Part shown: positions 1-11,354 of the stretch, piece after piece
How positions within the stretch are numbered: position 1 is the stretch's first letter
Layout of the letters: each line of letters opens with the position of its first letter
Source: Octopus bimaculoides
Taxonomy: Eukaryota
Direction: 5' to 3'
Length of the DNA: 64,000 bases
NCBI RefSeq assembly: GCF_001194135.2
Contig: NC_068991.1
Span: 40,574,481 to 40,638,480 of the forward strand
Made by a program: the position numbers and the translations under genes
Notes under the pieces: model-generated
Database searches by the model: none
Seen by the model: the letters and a program-made list of their open reading frames with translations, nothing else
Told to the model about the DNA's origin: nothing

Positions 1-39
<39 letters not shown>

Positions 40-53
40 ACATATATATATAT
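1..53. repeat. (TA)n microsatellite
   Basis: Direct reading. Confidence 0.95.
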
Positions 54-329
54 ACACATATAATCCAAGAGAGTTAGGGGTTGGGGATCCAACCCCTAAG
101 GGATAATATCTATCCAATAAACTGCTGGGAAGGTACCCAATTATTGTTACTCTAGTGTTATACCAAGTGCAATAAGTGGGTGCGGGTAAAAGGGGGTTGT
201 TTTACCCTAAATTTATATAGCAATAAGAAAATGGAGGGGAATATAAGGTACCCATCAAAATTGCAGACACTGTATTCCATTGATTAATCTGTTTATTGTA
301 TAACTAAATTGACAAAAAAACATTCTTCA

Positions 330-700
330 CCAAGAAAGGTACACATAAGTGGGCTGGCTACACTCCTGGCAGAGGCCTTGGATTTTGGTCTCACTTGGCT
401 AGCCGGGTCTTCTCATGCAAAGCATATTTCCAAAGGTCTCACAAGCATCTGCATATTCACAAGCATCTGCATATCCTGTTTTCTAGTGAGAATGTTATCA
501 ATCTGGTTTTTATGTCCATCAGATTCATGGATGATCAAGTGGCTGGTGAGTTTTCTAAAGTTAGTGTTGCAGATCTATAAGTCATTAGCATCACAGAACT
601 CCAGCAACCTTGTTTCTACCTCATTTACAGAACTAAAGCCATAACCTCCATGTACACCAAGAAATCTATTGGAGTACAGCCCAACATGTCCATTGAAATA
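330..700 (-). mobile_element. RTE-type LINE endonuclease fragment (decayed)
   Basis: Minus strand reads GVHGGYGFSSVNEVETRLLEFCDANDL*ICNTNFRKLTSHLII...NQIDNILTRKQ, homologous to the EN at 16441-16860. Confidence 0.75.
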
Positions 701-799
701 ACAAATGTTACTGTTGTATAATCTAATACTAATCTTAGCTTAACAATCCTATCACACACTCTGACTATCTCAATCACTTTAATCTACCAATTTCTCTAC

Positions 800-1000
800 T
801 AAGAGTTGATATTGGCACAATGAAAGGCTAGTCAAGTAAGACTGTAGATGTGTACAAGAAGTGAGATGGAGAAGAGCCTCTTCTAGATTCCTCTCACTTC
901 TTGTACAGAGCACACATCTACATGATTGCACTCTAACATTTCAACAATCTTACTTGACTGGCCTTTCATTGAGCCCACAATCAACATTGCTGCCCTGAGG
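800..1000. mobile_element. RTE endonuclease 5' segment present twice in inverted orientation
   Basis: tgtagatgtg-tacaagaagtgaga (843-866) and its reverse complement at 892-922, both from the VDVCCVQEVRW region. Confidence 0.65.
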
Positions 1001-1570
1001 AAAAAGACTTCTGAAGAGTGTGGGGTACTTGGGATAATGGTTTAAATTTCTGGAAAGATGTTTGTAAGCACCTATTACCAGATAATGAGTCTTCCAACAT
1101 AACTTATGAAAAATGCTATTTATATCTCGATAACTTACACACTTCCCTCCATCCTGTGAAGAGCATCAATGGCAAGTATGTGTATGACATGCTTGCAGGC
1201 ATATATACACATATCTCCATATATACATATGACTAATAAATAATCTATAGATACACACCTATACCACCATAGGCATCTATATATAAACATACAGACATAC
1301 ACAAGCACATATTCATACACGTTTCCTATATAGAATAGTACATACATGGGCATATATCCATCTGACACACATGTACAACTTATATAGACACATACACAAA
1401 ACATTATATAAAAAGAGGCACATCCCTCATTGAGGAGGCAGTAAGGGATGGGGGAAACAGGAATAAAACAACAACAACTTATCTTATTTCCATCCAAATA
1501 ATATGTGATTCATAAACAATCAATGCTAAATAAAGTCTCCTAGAATATTTAAATAATTATCAAGTATGAG

Positions 1571-1573
<3 letters not shown>

Positions 1574-1633
<60 letters not shown>

Positions 1634-1636
1634 TGT
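1574..1636. repeat. (GT)n microsatellite
   Basis: Direct reading. Confidence 0.95.
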
Positions 1637-1639
1637 GTT

Positions 1640-1812
1640 TACATCACTTTGTCTTGACATCACATGATTGTTGTATTCTGCAAAAACATGTTTGACTGTG
1701 GTGAAATATTACCTTGCTTGAAAACAGGTAAGGTTTAGTGACAGGAAGGGCATCTGGCTGTAGAAAATATGCCTCAATAAACTTTAGTCCATGCAAGCAT
1801 GGAGAAGTGGAC
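1640..1812 (+). mobile_element. SINE / RTE 3'-end-type repeat fragment
   Basis: ggaagggcatctggctgtagaaa...ccatgcaagcatggagaagtggac, shared with many copies in the window. Confidence 0.65.
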
Positions 1813-1899
1813 ACTAATCTGAGTAATTTCTTTTAACTCGTTTTTGATATATATATATATATATATACATACACATACACACATGCATATATATCAACA

Positions 1900-2530
1900 A
1901 TTCCATAAGCAGAGTATTTCATCATCAGAGAGATCTAAAACTGAGGGAAAGTCCTCAATCGATGATATTAATGTATTCCAGTTTGTCAAGAATTAGGGAA
2001 GATCAGAATAAAATAGAAATGTATTAGGCAGATCCGTAATCAAATGAAAAATACAGTTATAGGTAATATCCAATAATAGCTTCAAGTGAGAATGCTCAAT
2101 GATAATCCATGGCAAGTAAAAGTGGAAGTTACCAGTTCTAGTTTTGAAAAGAGAATGAATCAGGGTAGAATTGGAATCTTATATTATAGTCAGGAGGAAA
2201 GACAGACCAGTGGGTGTAGCAGAGTAGATATATACTAGTCAGTGTAGTTGGGGTGTGCAAGTCAGGAGAGGTTAGTGGGAGTATTTACAGAGACAGATAA
2301 ATAAAGGGATGGAAAATAGCAGATGTTATATGATGTTAAATGAGCACCAAGGCTGGCCAGGGTTATCAAAAATGAGAAGGAGGGGGTAGTGATGGTAATA
2401 AAGTGGTTGTAAAAGATAATGAAGATCTCAAGCAAAAGGGAGCCTGATAATAGTGGAAGTAAGGAGAGATTTAGGACTTGCCTGGTTATGGTGTCACTAG
2501 AAATAGATACCCATGATATTAAATATAAAA
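1900..2530 (-). mobile_element. Highly decayed retroelement remnant, possibly Penelope-like
   Basis: Strand-asymmetric purine-rich tract; the minus-strand 3' end carries CTGATGA-T-GAAA (hammerhead core without stem II). No clean protein motif was read. Confidence 0.3.
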
Positions 2531-2761
2531 TTTTAAAGTTTGTGGTGATAATGAAGGTGTTTGCTCATTGGGAACTGAGGGATGAAAATAAAGATCTAAA
2601 ATAATAAATCGGAAATAAGTCAAAGGTAAATATAAATAAATGAATAGATTAGGGACATACATTTACTAAGTTTAGGTATAGTAAAATTACAGTACACAGG
2701 AATATTTATTTTGAAATTTTGTAAATTACCCTTACAAAGTGGAAAAAATTTGTCATTGATG

Positions 2762-3129
2762 TCTCTGCATTCGAAAATAAATTATCATCTTATTTGTATT
2801 TATATACACATTTCAGTGCTTATAAAAAAAAAACAAATGTTAGTTTGTTTATATTTATATATATGTGGTTGCACATTTAGCTTTAAAAGCATCTAAAATG
2901 CAAATTGATTTGTCAGCAGGTAGTTTAGCGTAATGGTAAAGCACTTGGCCAGGGTCTTCAAGAAATATGAGTTCATGTCCCATGGCTGTTTGTTGACAAA
3001 TTTTTCTGCTTTGTAAAGGCAATTTATCCAATGTTTCTGCTGTTCTAACAGTCTTTCTGCATTTGAAAATAAATTTTCATCTTATTTGTATCTATATACA
3101 CATTTTGGCACCTATAAAAAAACAAATTT

Positions 3130-3135
<6 letters not shown>
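2762..3135 (+). repeat. Two ~85-bp direct repeats (2762-2846, 3054-3135) bracketing a tRNA-like SINE head (2918-2995)
   Basis: tctgcatt(c/t)gaaaataaatt(a/t)tcatcttatttgtat...acaaat.ttagttt occurs twice; A-box TAGCGTAATGG and B-box-like GAGTTCATGTCC lie between. Confidence 0.7.
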
Positions 3136-3167
<32 letters not shown>

Positions 3168-3691
3168 NNNNNNNNNNNNNNNNNNNNNNNNNNNNNNNNN
3201 NNNNNNNNNNNNNNNNNNNNNNNNNNNNNNNNNNNNNNNNNNNNNNNNNNNNNNNNNNNNNNNNNNNNNNNNNNNNNNNNNNNNNNNNNNNNNNNNNNNN
3301 NNNNNNNNNNNNNNNNNNNNNNNNNNNNNNNNNNNNNNNNNNNNNNNNNNNNNNNNNNNNNNNNNNNNNNNNNNNNNNNNNNNNNNNNNNNNNNNNNNNN
3401 NNNNNNNNNNNNNNNNNNNNNNNNNNNNNNNNNNNNNNNNNNNNNNNNNNNNNNNNNNNNNNNNNNNNNNNNNNNNNNNNNNNNNNNNNNNNNNNNNNNN
3501 NNNNNNNNNNNNNNNNNNNNNNNNNNNNNNNNNNNNNNNNNNNNNNNNNNNNNNNNNNNNNNNNNNNNNNNNNNNNNNNNNNNNNNNNNNNNNNNNNNNN
3601 NNNNNNNNNNNNNNNNNNNNNNNNNNNNNNNNNNNNNNNNNNNNNNNNNNNNNNNNNNNNNNNNNNNNNNNNNNNNNNNNNNNNNNNNNNN
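3168..3691. other. Assembly gap (N); other gaps at 11776-11810, 24031-24342, 39783-40020, 52840-53787, 58822-58850
   Basis: Runs of n, mostly abutting (TA)n tracts. Confidence 1.
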
Positions 3692-3758
3692 GTAAATAGC
3701 AGCAGATCTGAAAAAATAGTGTTATGGGTACAGAGAAATATTTGGTTATATATATATA

Positions 3759-4778
3759 TTGGGTCATCCCATGAATAATGCGTTTTTTTTCAATTGCATG
3801 AACTTTAAGTCAGAGGGGGATGGGATAAACTACCTGCATCAACTTGCTATAAAAGCAGGTAGTAATTTTACCTTGTATTTATTCTTAGTGCAAGTTTTGA
3901 AGAGTGCAGTTCGATTTTAACAGTTATTTTTTCAAAACTATAATGGAAGTGAAAAAGGATTATATGCAGCATATTTTGCTTTATGAGTTCAATAAAGGCA
4001 ACAATGCAATGGAAAGTGCAAAGAATATTAATGCAGTATATTGGGATTTGACAATAAGTGTGAGCCAGTAACAATGGTGGCACCAGAATTCTGAGCCAGA
4101 AACTACAGCCTAGAAGATGAGCCTCATCTTAGAAGATCTGTACAGCTTGACAAGGATGTCTTTCAAATCCTGGTGGAACAAAATCCCATTGTAACTGTTG
4201 AGGAACTAGCAGAGAAGCTTGGATTTGGTCATTCAACCATTCATCGACACTGCATGCTGTCAGAGAAGTCAGCAAATCGGGTCAATGGGTTCCTCACAAA
4301 CTTTCTGAGTTTAATCACGTGCAGAGAATGAATGTGTTCTCTTCTTTTTTATCACATCTCACGAATGAACCTTTTTTTGGACCAAACAGTGATGAAAAAT
4401 GGGTTCTCTATAAAAATGTCAAGCGCCGAAGTCAGTGGGTAGGGAAAGGAGAAACACTAGCACCCCAGGCTAATGAAGGTCTTCACCCACATAAAGTGTT
4501 GTTATCTGTTTCGTGGGATATGAAAAATTTAGTCCACTTTGAACTTTTAAACCCAAACCAAACAATAACAAAGGAGATCTACTGTGAGCAGCTTAAGTGA
4601 GTGCTAGAAGAAAAACAACCATCATTCATTTCAAGACGAAAGGTGTTCTTCCATCAGGATAGTGCTCGGCCACATACAGCAAGGATGACATTCCAAAGGC
4701 TGGAGCAGTTTGAATGGGAAATGATGCACTACCCACCATATTCGCCAGACAATGCTCCATCTGATTATCATTGTAATT
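3759..4778 (+). mobile_element. Mariner family A, copy 1 (3'-truncated, defective transposase)
   Basis: TA + TIR ttgggtcatcccatgaataatgc; motifs WVPHKL, DEKWVLY, HQDSARPHT, YSPDNAPSDYH with stops and frameshifts. Confidence 0.92.
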
Positions 4779-4799
4779 CATTGAATAAAAGAAATACTT

Positions 4800-6890
4800 A
4801 TATGACCAGACATGTGTTAGAGCCCTCTACCTGCAAGGAAACATTCTCACAAACTTTCTTTCCAGGTGCTGAAATCTGTCCCCCACTTTCCCACTCACTC
4901 CTCCTTTCATAGCCATCATGTTTGAGCAGCCACCATCAATGTGGACACAATGACAGTTCCAGTGAGATTGTTGAAATGTTAAAGAGGAGGAAAGTAGGTG
5001 TGTACTGTATGGAAGGTGTTAGATGAAGTGGAGCCTCAACCTGACTCCTCACAGGCAAGGAACAAAGGCTGGCAATAGTGAAAGTGTGGGCTATGTAAAC
5101 AGTTTTTGCAGAGAAATAGGCAGATAAAGTGATTGAGGTAGAGTGTGTGACAAGGGTAATTAATGCTTAAATATGTCTTGGAAAATGCAACAGTGACACA
5201 TTAAGGCTGTGACTGATGCAAACTTACAGCAAAACTGAGGGTGATGTAGTGGTGAACCAGTGAGGCAGACAGAGCCTTAACAGGGATAAAACAGACTTGG
5301 AAAGAGTCTAAGAATGGGGGTAGCAGAGAATTATAAAAGTTAGCCAGAAGAGAAGCTGGGTAAAAGGGTTTTTTAACAAGAAGAGAAGCAGAAAGACAGA
5401 GGTTTGCTAACGTTCCACAAAGTGAGGATCAGAGACATGTTCCAAATTGCAAGGCAGTGTATCAGAAAGAATTAAAATGTTGTGGGAGAGAAGTATGTAC
5501 AGACGGATGGATAATGGTACATTTGCACCTTGTGATTTTAAGAAAAAAGAGGCATGGAAATGCTGCTATGATAGGAGAATAAGTGGAGAATGTATGGGAG
5601 AAAAGTCTTCTTGGTGTAGATCTTACATTGGGACCAGCCAGCCATTCTAAAAGACACCAGTGTAATAGATAAAGCAATTAAGGATATGAAGAACAGGAAA
5701 AATTCCTGGACCATCAGAAATTACTGCTGAGAAGCTTAAAATATCTGGAAGTGTAGGGTTTGGCTTAGTTACCCAAATGGTCAGTCACAATATACCAGAA
5801 GGTGTCATCCACAATGGCTGGCATAACAGTATTATAGTCAACTTTTACAGAGGCAAAGATGCCTTAACCCTTTAGCATTAAGGTTATTCTGTCTAATATA
5901 ATGCTTTTATATTCACATTGTTTTGAATTAATCATGCATTATCTTATTGTATTAAGATTTCAATGATGTACTTGCTTATTTTTAGTATGACATTGTAGGG
6001 TAAGTGTGAGAAGCTGAATATGGTCAGTGTATACATAAAACAGGTATAACATTTGGACTGGATATGTTTGGTTTACATGCAAAAGGATTAAAGAGAAGTA
6101 ATTACAGAGGTATTAAATTACTGGATAAGGTCATGAAAATTATGGAATCAGTTTATAGCTCAAGTCATTAGGAAGAGAATTAGATTACATAAGACGCAGT
6201 TTGGTTTTGTGCCAGAAAGAAGCATTACTGATACTCTTTTCCTGGTGAGGCAACTGCATTGTACTTGGCATTTGATGACTAGGAGAAAGTTTTCAGCAGA
6301 GTCCCTTGCACTATGATCTGATGGTCACTGTGGAAGCTAAGCATAAGCAGAAATGAGAGTTAGCAATGATAATAGTGATTAATGCAGTATGCAGTAGAAA
6401 TTCAGCAGGAATCAGTCCTTAGTCCCTTTCTATTCATCATAACAGAGGAACCTAAAATCAGATCCCCATGGGAACTGCTGTATGTTGATGACCTCATTTT
6501 CATGGCTGAATCCATAATAGGATTAGAAATAAAATTTCAGGTGTAGAAGCAAAACATAGAATCAAAGAGCCACAAAGTTAACTTAGTAAGGACCAAAATT
6601 TTAATAAGTAGGAAAACAGACAGGACTCTTCCATCATGGAAATGATCTTGCTCAATGTGTAAAAAAAGATGTAGGTAGATATTTCATACAGTGTACCCAG
6701 TGCAAACTACAAACACACAAGAGCTGCAGTAATATCAGAGGCATTAGCAGAGAAAGACTTTGTATGTGGCAGATGCATAGGAGCAATAAACATTAAGAGC
6801 AAATGAGAAATATAATTTCTCAAATGCCCAGGTTTCCTAGAAATATTAAATAACTTTTTGTTATCTAGGTGGCCTAATTAGCAAGTCTTT
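4800..6890 (+). mobile_element. RTE-type LINE (EN + RT), decayed
   Basis: Remnant motifs IVEMLKRRKV, KAIKDMK, GKDALKRSNYRGIKLLDKVMK, QFGFVP, PWELLYVDDL. Confidence 0.85.
5868..6087. mobile_element. piggyBac-type MITE (~220 bp) inserted in the RTE RT
   Basis: TTAA|CCCTTTAGCAT...ATGCAAAAGGA|TTAA; removing it restores the RT reading GKDALKRSNYRG. Confidence 0.85.
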
Positions 6891-6994
6891 ATTTGGTCAG
6901 CTTTTTTGTGGCTACAATCTTTTTATCTTTTACATAATTCAGTCATTGGACTGTGGCCTTGTGATATTAAGGAATTCTTTTTGTTCCTACTGCT

Positions 6995-7345
6995 TTCATA
7001 GATTCCCATGACTCTCTATTGCCATCCAAATCCATTATTATGAATTTGAATTGGGAGCTTCAGTCATAGTGAATCTTTCATTAGCTGATTACACAACCAT
7101 GGATGCCACCCCTATGGATGTATTGCAGGTTAGTCTATTGATAGAGCTTGGTGATCCTGATCGTTGATCTTCTAGGATTCTTTCATTCAGCATCAATGTA
7201 AGAAGCACCGTTGCTTCAGGTGAGCTCTCCACTACCTCTTCACAAGTCACTATGCTGCAGTCCCATGATTTCACCATATCCCTGGCAGGGTAGCTGAACA
7301 GATGCTATGCCTTGTCAAAGGCCAGCCCTTAACTATGCAGGGCAT
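6995..7345. repeat. Unclassified dispersed repeat, copy 1 (second copy 38690-39035)
   Basis: gattcccatg...ccatccaaatccattattatgaatttgaa...gtgaatctttcattagctgattacacaacc...ccctggcaggg...aactatgcaggg aligned by eye to copy 2. Confidence 0.8.
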
Positions 7346-7853
7346 GGTTATCCACTACATGAGGTATTTTCAAAATACTTACATACCCAAATAATAATAT
7401 TGCTAATTATCAAAAGATAAGGTAATTAGAAGAGAGAAAATATGACCTTGGCTGATGGCAATACCAATTGCAAAAACAAAAATAACCAGTCTGAATTAGA
7501 GGAACATTTGATGTTGCAAATATAGAGATGTTGATTAAAGAAAAGAATAGAAAATTACCAATCAAGCTTAAAATATGGCTGGCTCTAATGTCTGCTGTAA
7601 CCCAAATTATGAAAATGTTTCACTTAAATCAACTCCAGTACTTTTTTAAAAACCTAGTTTTTATTCTGTAGGTCGCTTTTTGTCAGACCACTAAGTTAGT
7701 GGGATGTAAACAAATCAAGAATGGGTGTCAAATGGTGGTGAGGGACAAAAACATGATGATACACACACACATATATAAATAAATACATATACATACATAT
7801 ATATATTAGGAGAGTATTGTAGTTCGCTTGAAGCATTGTGTATTGTTTGTAAA

Positions 7854-8533
7854 GAATAAAAAGTTTAGAATGGTATAACAATGCACTATAATACAAAAAA
7901 TGTGGGTAGCACAACAAGACCGTTACACGTCTACATCAAAGAACATCTGAACACGAGAACCTCCTCCTTCAGAAAACATCTAGACAGATGCCGGAACACT
8001 GATAAAAGCATAACAGTCACAATTGAGGCCAATGAAAGAAATTTGGGTAATTTAAGAATTAAGGAAGCTCTACTCATACACAGACTAAGACCCCAAATTA
8101 ACAACAGGCTAGAAGTTGGTAATCAATATATTATTTAGCTACATCTGGATGTCTGTAGGTTCATTCTTAATAACATGCTCATGTATTGTTTATAACAAAA
8201 AAAAGAGCAAAAAAAGAGAAACTGCACATATAACACACAACTTAGAAGCAGCGCCACAGATGTACCAACACACACGAGATTGAGACATAGCCAACCTCAC
8301 GCACTTCTCATGAGAAATTCCAGAAGAAGCTTTGTGAGACCACTACTGAGACACTTCCGAAAAAAAGAAAACCGTTGGAAAACAGTTTATAGCAGAGACT
8401 CCATCTAAGAATATCTGAAGAAGGAATTATAATTCCGAAATATCATCGGACTATAGATAACCAAATTACAACAGGTATATAGTCCATTTTTTGTATTATA
8501 GTGCATTGTTATACCATTCTAAACTTTTTATTC
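7854..8533 (+). mobile_element. Penelope-like element 3' fragment (GIY-YIG end + 3' UTR) flanked by a perfect 49-bp inverted repeat
   Basis: ORF 7881-8138 ...VGSTTRPLHVYIKEH...LRIKEALLIHRLRPQINNR (GIY-YIG C-terminal part); 7854-7902 is the exact reverse complement of 8485-8533. Confidence 0.8.
8412..8447 (+). ncRNA. Minimal (dimer-type) hammerhead ribozyme motif in a Penelope-like 3' end
   Basis: CTGAAGA core (8415-8421), one extra A, perfect stem II GGAAT-TATA-ATTCC, GAAA, palindromic ATAT stem III, AUC cleavage triplet (C at 8444); stem I only 2 bp. Confidence 0.55.
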
Positions 8534-8689
8534 TATATATATATATATATTCTTTTATTCTTCTACTTGTTTCAACCATGTGGCTGCGGTCATGCTAGAA
8601 CACCACCATGGTTTTGCACCATTACATATGATTATCCTTCGATTGATTTCCTCATCACCACTTCTGTATGTGCCTTTGTCCCAGCAGTT

Positions 8690-9296
8690 GACCCATTTGG
8701 TGTATGAGGGAGTTTGACTCCGCTGCCCTCATCTGTATCTCATGCTGAGCCATTGGTTCATCCAGCATTGTGGAGAGAAAGATGTCTAGTTCCTTTTTGA
8801 AGACATCTATGTCCACATTATGTAGATTTCTTAATTTTTGTGACAGGGCATTGAAGAGCTGTGGGCCTTCGAACCCTAGGCTATTGCAGTACCTGGTCCT
8901 AAATTTAGATGGAGGGGATAATATCTTTCATACAATACAACAGCATCCAGTTCAGGCATTTGTATAACACTCAATGCTGAACTTAGGTACTTGGCCTTCT
9001 CGAGTTTTCTATATGTAGATTATTACAAACCTGTTGTGCCTTTGCTCCATGGAGTAGAGTCATAGTTTTTTCAGCCTCTCCCTGTAACTCATCTGCTGCA
9101 CTTTACAATCTTTTTTAGTGTAGTGATGTTGGACTGCTTCAAGTTCTATGTGGTGACCATAGCTGAGAGCAGTAGTTCAGGTGGCTGAGAAGAAAGGTCC
9201 TCTACCGGATCAACATAACTTCTTGGTTTCTTGTCTTGAAGGCCCTTAATATCCATCCTGCCAGTTGTCCACACTTTGCTGCTATCTTGGTAATGC
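8690..9296 (-). mobile_element. CR1-clade LINE RT 3' fragment
   Basis: Minus strand: [66 protein letters not shown]. Confidence 0.85.
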
Positions 9297-9426
9297 GCAT
9301 ATGTATATATATATACATACATATATATATATACATATATGTATATACATACATACATATATACACATATATATGCATATACATAATAAAAATATATTTA
9401 TACTCATATATTGAGTGTACACACAT

Positions 9427-9498
<72 letters not shown>
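9297..9498. repeat. Compound (TA/CA)n microsatellite
   Basis: Direct reading. Confidence 0.9.
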
Positions 9499-9501
<3 letters not shown>

Positions 9502-9934
9502 GAGGTACCATGGCCAATGAGATGTATCCAAGGCACGGTTATTGCTAGTTGCTAGTTGATGACATACATATACATAGATATACTAGAATATTTTGTAGAC
9601 AAACTTTGGAAGCACCAAATGTGTTGGTATTTTATAAACAAGAAAGTAAATTTCAAAAGCGGTATGGCTGCAATAACGGCAGAGAAAGTTTGGGTATTTA
9701 ACTCCAGAAGACAGAAAAAAAAATTGCCAGCAGGAAAGTATGGGAATTTACACCCTGTACCCCTCAGAAACTGGCTGAGTGCTCTAGCCATTAAGACAAG
9801 TGACCCCTAACAACAATTACTGTCAATATTAATGTTAAAGACACATACATACACACACACATATATACACACATATGTATACATACACCTATATATACAT
9901 ACATAGACACATGCGCACACACACACATAAACGA

Positions 9935-10092
9935 TGAGCTTCTTTCAGTTTCTGTCTATCAGTTACACTCAAAGGGCTTTGGTTAGCCCAGGGCTATATA
10001 GTAGAAGACACTTGCCCAAGGTGCCACACAGTAGGACTGAACCTGGAACCATGTAGTTGGGAAGCAAACTTCTTACCACATAGCCATGCCTG
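9935..10092 (-). mobile_element. tRNA-derived SINE 5' part
   Basis: Minus strand ggcatggctatgtggtaagaag...ggttcagtcc (A/B boxes) then ccttgggcaagtgtcttctactata; sister copies at 32545, 43165, 55490. Confidence 0.8.
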
Positions 10093-10179
10093 GATGTATT
10101 TCTTTCAGAGAGTTTGCAATGTTGGTAAGTATATACCTCCTGTCCCTATCCTGGAGGTGGGCAACATCATTGTCGTCAG

Positions 10180-10500
10180 TGAACATGTTGGCTGATGTAC
10201 ATACGACTTCTCAGTTGCTTTGATTTTATAACATCTACATATTTTTCAGTAAATGTATGCCTCTGCCCTGTTATGCCTGTGATTGTATTTGGTCTTTGCT
10301 AGCTCCCATCATCTGGAGACAATGTGATTGATGTTTCTCCATATTTTCCATAGATTTTGCATTGTGGATCTCTTCCATCCATGAAGATGAGGATAATAGA
10401 ATCTGATTGCAAGACTTTGATCTTATGCACAGATTAGGTCCACGTCTGCACCCTACATCTGCTTTGGGTAGTTCCTGTGCATTACCTTGTCACTGATCGT
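10180..10500 (-). mobile_element. R4/Dong-like (RLE-type) non-LTR retrotransposon fragment
   Basis: Minus strand VMHRNYPKQM*GADVD, LICA*DQSLA, INHIVSR*WELAKTKYNHRHNRAEAYIY*KICRCYKIKATEKSYVHQP (zinc-knuckle / pre-RLE region). Confidence 0.7.
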
Positions 10501-10519
10501 TTTCTGTAGTTGAAGCTGT

Positions 10520-11166
10520 CGCCTCGTATTCCAATAAGCAAATGCCATCACAAAATAGGCGCCAACCTATTTAGATGGACATGGTCAATATGCAAATACA
10601 AGGCCCCGGATGTGAAATAAGTAAAACGAAAACGAGGCTTTTAACCGGCAAATTCAGTTTACGAAATGCTTTCGTCGCCCATGTTTAGCTTTAACGGAAG
10701 GAATTCGATATGTATCTATTGAGATACACATATATATATCTACGTACATATTGATAAATATGTATTTATTTACTTCATGTACACGGCTTATTCCTTTTCA
10801 AAGCTTCCCTGGCTGTTTTATTTCTTTTATGTTCACGTATATAGTTATATATATATATATATATATTAATAAAAGATATAAATAGTCACAGAAGTATGAG
10901 GTGTACCTGAATTGTAAAATTCTCTTTCTCTCGCTTTGTCGCCCACATATATATATATATATATATATATATACCCTTTCGTTAAAAAAAAAAGACTTGT
11001 GCGATACTAAAGCGAATTTGCCTGTGAAAATCTCTCATTTCGTAGTAATATTTCGTATTCTTATCAACAAACGTTGATAAAATAAGTAGCAGTCAAATTC
11101 TGTGATCAATTTAATCGATTAATCTCACTTCAAAAATTGAGACTTTGTGCCTATGTTAAAAATCAG
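10520..11166 (+). promoter_or_regulatory. Candidate promoter and non-coding first exon of the NuMA-like gene
   Basis: Cluster of retained CpGs in otherwise CpG-poor DNA; GGCGCC (E2F-like, 10558), octamer ATGCAAAT (10590), ETS-like CCGGATGT (10606); donor CAG|gtaatt at 11166/11167, 4.7 kb upstream of the exon carrying the ATG. The TSS is not determinable. Confidence 0.45.
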
Positions 11167-11354
11167 GTAATTGTACTGTTTACATATAGAAAATAACATG
11201 TTCGACTTTAAATTTGGATTGGTCTTAAAAACTTATAATTTTGCAAACATTTTTCATCTTTTTTCTTGCTTATGATACTCATTAACACCTGGATTTTCAC
11301 GAAAAAAGGTAAAAGTGCGCCCTAACATGAACACAAAGCACCTTATATATGTGT

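Noticed and set aside
2918-2995. tRNA genes (also 9700-9810, 27696-27770, 46975-47048)
   Set aside because: A/B boxes are present but there is no cloverleaf; these are SINE heads.
3063-3778. Long ORFs at 3063-3778, 23930-24398, 39696-40113 and 52759-54120
   Set aside because: They are open only because they run through N-gaps.
9146-9536. ORFs rich in YI/CV/HT repeats (also 1135-1497, 55071-55443)
   Set aside because: Translations of microsatellites.
10486-10546. Minus-strand ATG...AAG|gtaatg as the first exon of a divergent gene
   Set aside because: The frame continues as the R4-like LINE motif (VMHRNYPK..ADVD), so the donor lies within a retroelement remnant.
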